This document shows positions 60,860-64,000 of a stretch of DNA of 64,000 nt, in pieces. The notes beneath the pieces were generated by a model. It was not told where the DNA came from. It ran no database searches and saw only the letters and a program-made list of their open reading frames with translations. The DNA comes from the human T2T-CHM13v2.0 reference genome, Homo sapiens. Location of the stretch: assembly GCF_009914755.1 (NCBI RefSeq), contig NC_060943.1; one strand, written 5' to 3'. The position numbers and the translations under genes were made by a program. Position 1 is the first letter of the stretch. Each line of letters begins with the position of its first letter.

Positions 60860-61516
60860 TATTTAAAGCTCAACTTCCCCAAAACTCAACTGTTTATGTA
60901 AAGCTAATGAGAGACCATCAGGCTAGGATAGAGGAGCCTTAATTTGGCCAAAGTACAAACAAAAGTTACAAATTATACACTTTAGATAAACATACTTGTT
61001 ACAGGTCAATTATATGTTAATAAAGCTATTAAAACAAAAAATTAAATTTAACAAACATATTAAATAATTGCCAGCAATTATTCTGGCAGTCACACAGATA
61101 TGCAACTTCTCCAGTTACTTCTGCAGATACCATCACTATTTTAGAACCTGAGATTGGCCTTTTGAGAAGTCTTTTCAGGTTTTTTTGTATGTCTAACACC
61201 AATGGCTCCACCTAGATTCACCAGCTGTTCCTGTGGCCCCACCCAGAAGGAACTGCATGCAAAAAGACAGCTTCAACTCTCTATGAATTCATCTCCAATC
61301 CAAGAAATCAGCACTCCACATACCCTAGCCCCCAGCCCACCAAGAGTCTTTGAAAAACCCCTAGCCTCTGGGCCTTCAATGAGATCACTTTGATGTTAAC
61401 TCTGTTTCCCCCATGGCATGGCCAGCCTCCCATCAATTAAACCCTCTGCAATGCCACGGTCTCCCTGAATTGATTTGTTTGTGCAGCAGGCAGGAAGAAT
61501 CCTTCGGGCACTTACA
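60860..61516 (+). mobile_element. ERV1 LTR (LTR8-like), 5' end uncertain
   Basis: 3' end ...gtgcagcaggcaggaagaatccttcgggcacttaca; internal agattggccttttgaga and ctgtggccccacccagaag motifs. Confidence 0.65.
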
Positions 61517-61646
61517 CCACTCCAATCTTATGTAAATTCTTCCAAAGAATAAACAATGAGGGTACATTCTCTGTACCAATCAGTGTCCCTGCAGGAAGGA
61601 AATGGCACACTCATGCAGGACATAGGACAAGAGTTTAATGAATGGC

Positions 61647-62266
61647 TGTAAACAAAAAATAAAATTCTAAGGCCCCCAACCATCTGAATGGACCCCTCCT
61701 CTTGGCCAATGGCATTCCAAAGTTAACCTGAAAAACTAGTTCAGGTGAAGATGGAAGGAGGAGTCAGACCTGCCTCATTATACCCAATTCCCTTTTGGAA
61801 TTCAGGAAAAGCTGACCAAGGTTTAACATCAACACAGACCTTAAGTCTGATAAGAAACATTTACAAATCTATTCGTTCTGAAGCCTGCTACCTGGAGGCT
61901 TAATCTGCAGGATAAAACCTTGGTCTCCACAAACCCTTATCACAACCCAGGCATTCCTTTTTATTGACAATAACTCTTTGAACCAATTGCCAATCAGAAA
62001 AATTTTAAAACTACCTAAGACCTGGATGCCCCCCCAACCCCACTTCAAGTTGTCCTCTTGCCCTTCCAGATGGAACCAATGTAAATCTTACACGCACTGA
62101 TTGATGTATTATGTCTCCCTAAAGTGTGTAAGAGCAAGCTGTACTCTGACCACCTTGGGCACATGTCATCAGGACCTCCTGAATCTATGTCATGGGCAGA
62201 TCCTTAGCCTTCGAAAAATATTTTCTAAGTTGATTGAGACCTCTCTCAGATACCTTCTGGTTCACA
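61647..62266 (+). mobile_element. MER4-family solo LTR
   Basis: tgtaaacaaaaaataaaattctaaggcccccaaccatctgaatggac...ggttcaca with GGC(T) duplicated at the ends. The empty site is visible in the paralogous block at ~9415. Confidence 0.85.
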
Positions 62267-62879
62267 GGCTTATGGCTGTGCTGTGAGCAAAGTTAAGGGA
62301 AACCAATAAGAAAAGTGAGAAACCCAAGGCAAGCAAGAGCAACATATCTAACGAGAGGCAAGGAAAAGGAGCCATTTCTACAATCCAGTAAGACATGTAA
62401 CTGCAGGAGAGGCCAAGGTCACAGGAGGAATGCAGCCACTGCCAAACTGTAGCCCTGAAAAAAACCAAAGGGCAACATTGCCCAACAATGCAATCCAGAA
62501 AAGATCAGGTCCTGGGGTACAAAGCAGGCTATGGAATGAAGACTAACCCTGTTGGAATAAATATACATCACCTCTACATCCCCCAATTCATAATGAGCTG
62601 GTATCATGTTGACACCAAAATCCAACCACTCAAGGACATAGACAAAATGTTCTATGCAAGATATTGGCAAAGTGAATGAAATTACATATAAAGAAAACTA
62701 TATGCTGATTAAGGAGGATTTACACCAGCAACGCACGGTAGGTTTCAAATTACAAAATTATTTGATGTAATTTAACACATTCAGAGCCTAAGGGAAAAAA
62801 CTGTATGCATATTTCATTAAATGCAAGTGAGATATGTTATAAAATTCATCTTTTCTTGATTTAAAAAATTCCTTTACAG

Positions 62880-63225
<346 letters not shown>

Positions 63226-63802
63226 CTACGAAAAAAATCTGATGTTAAACTTCTTATGTAATGGTGAAATATCAAAAGCTATCCTTTAGAATCTGAACGA
63301 AGGGTAACCAGAAATACTTTTAAAATGTTGTATAACTTTCTTATAAGCCTAAAATTATGTGAAATTTAACAATTTATGTAAGATAAAATGCTATCAAGAG
63401 CAAAAGAAAGAAACAAGCAAAAAAGAAATTCATCTTGAGTTCAGATACTAAACAAAAATGCCTACTTTCACCATTGCTATCTAACATTGTACTAGAGATT
63501 CTACAAGTGGAATAAAGCAAGACAAGTAAAATATATGAAGATTGAGGAGGAAAAAGCAAATATGCATTAGATATATTTATATAAATAATCTTAGAGCATC
63601 TACAGAGAATATATTAAAGAGTTTTTGAATGCTGAATATGAAACAATATAGAATAATTATACTTTTCTATATGGCAGCACGAACATTTATAAACTGACAC
63701 TTTAAGAGAATGCAATATTTACAGTGGCATTAAAAAGAACAGATACCTTGGAATAAATCAATTAATACATGTATAAGAGCACCATAGAAATACATATGTA
63801 TT

Positions 63803-64000
63803 ACCAACATTAACCTTAAATGTAAATGGGCTAAATGCTCCAATTAAAACATAGACTGGCAAATTGGATAAAGAGTCAAGACCCATCAGTGTGCTGTATT
63901 CAGGAGACCCATCTCATGTGAAAAGATGCACATAGGCTCAAAATAAAGGGATGGAGGAAGATCTACCAAGCAAATGGAAAGCAAAAAAAAGCAGGGGTTG
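63803..64000 (+). mobile_element. 5'-truncated L1PA starting at the ORF2 N-terminus; runs off the window
   Basis: ttaaccttaaatgtaaatgggctaaatgctccaatt...gagtcaagacccatcagtgtgctgtattcaggagacc (endonuclease domain). Confidence 0.9.

Overview
Primate (very likely human) genomic DNA from the secretoglobin/androgen-binding-protein (ABP) locus. An intact three-exon SCGB2B2 coding gene (96 aa, minus strand, 130-1138) faces head-to-head, about 51 kb away, a disabled inverted paralog (SCGB2B3P-like, plus strand, 52217-53236). Between and beyond them lie a truncated, unprocessed KRAB-zinc-finger pseudogene (minus, ~41.2-44.1 kb), two decayed ERV1 proviral remnants with tRNA-Gly and tRNA-Ser primer-binding sites, a full-length L1PA4-type element, an internally deleted L1PA2/3-type element, old L1M relics, several solo LTRs, about 12 Alu or Alu-monomer copies, a tailless 5S rRNA retrocopy and a processed 3'UTR fragment. 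The main structural signals are: (i) SCGB2B exon 2 is far more diverged between the paralogs than the neighbouring intron, mostly by amino-acid replacement; (ii) a second, non-collinear inverted duplication (~8-11.6 kb, perhaps to 17.7 kb, vs ~57-63.8 kb); (iii) several rearrangement junctions and short local templated copies; (iv) a GC-rich 2.3-5.9 kb block upstream of SCGB2B2 with a run of same-strand splice sites. No novel biological system can be firmly demonstrated from the sequence alone. Repeat subfamily names are recognised from memory and were not checked by database search.
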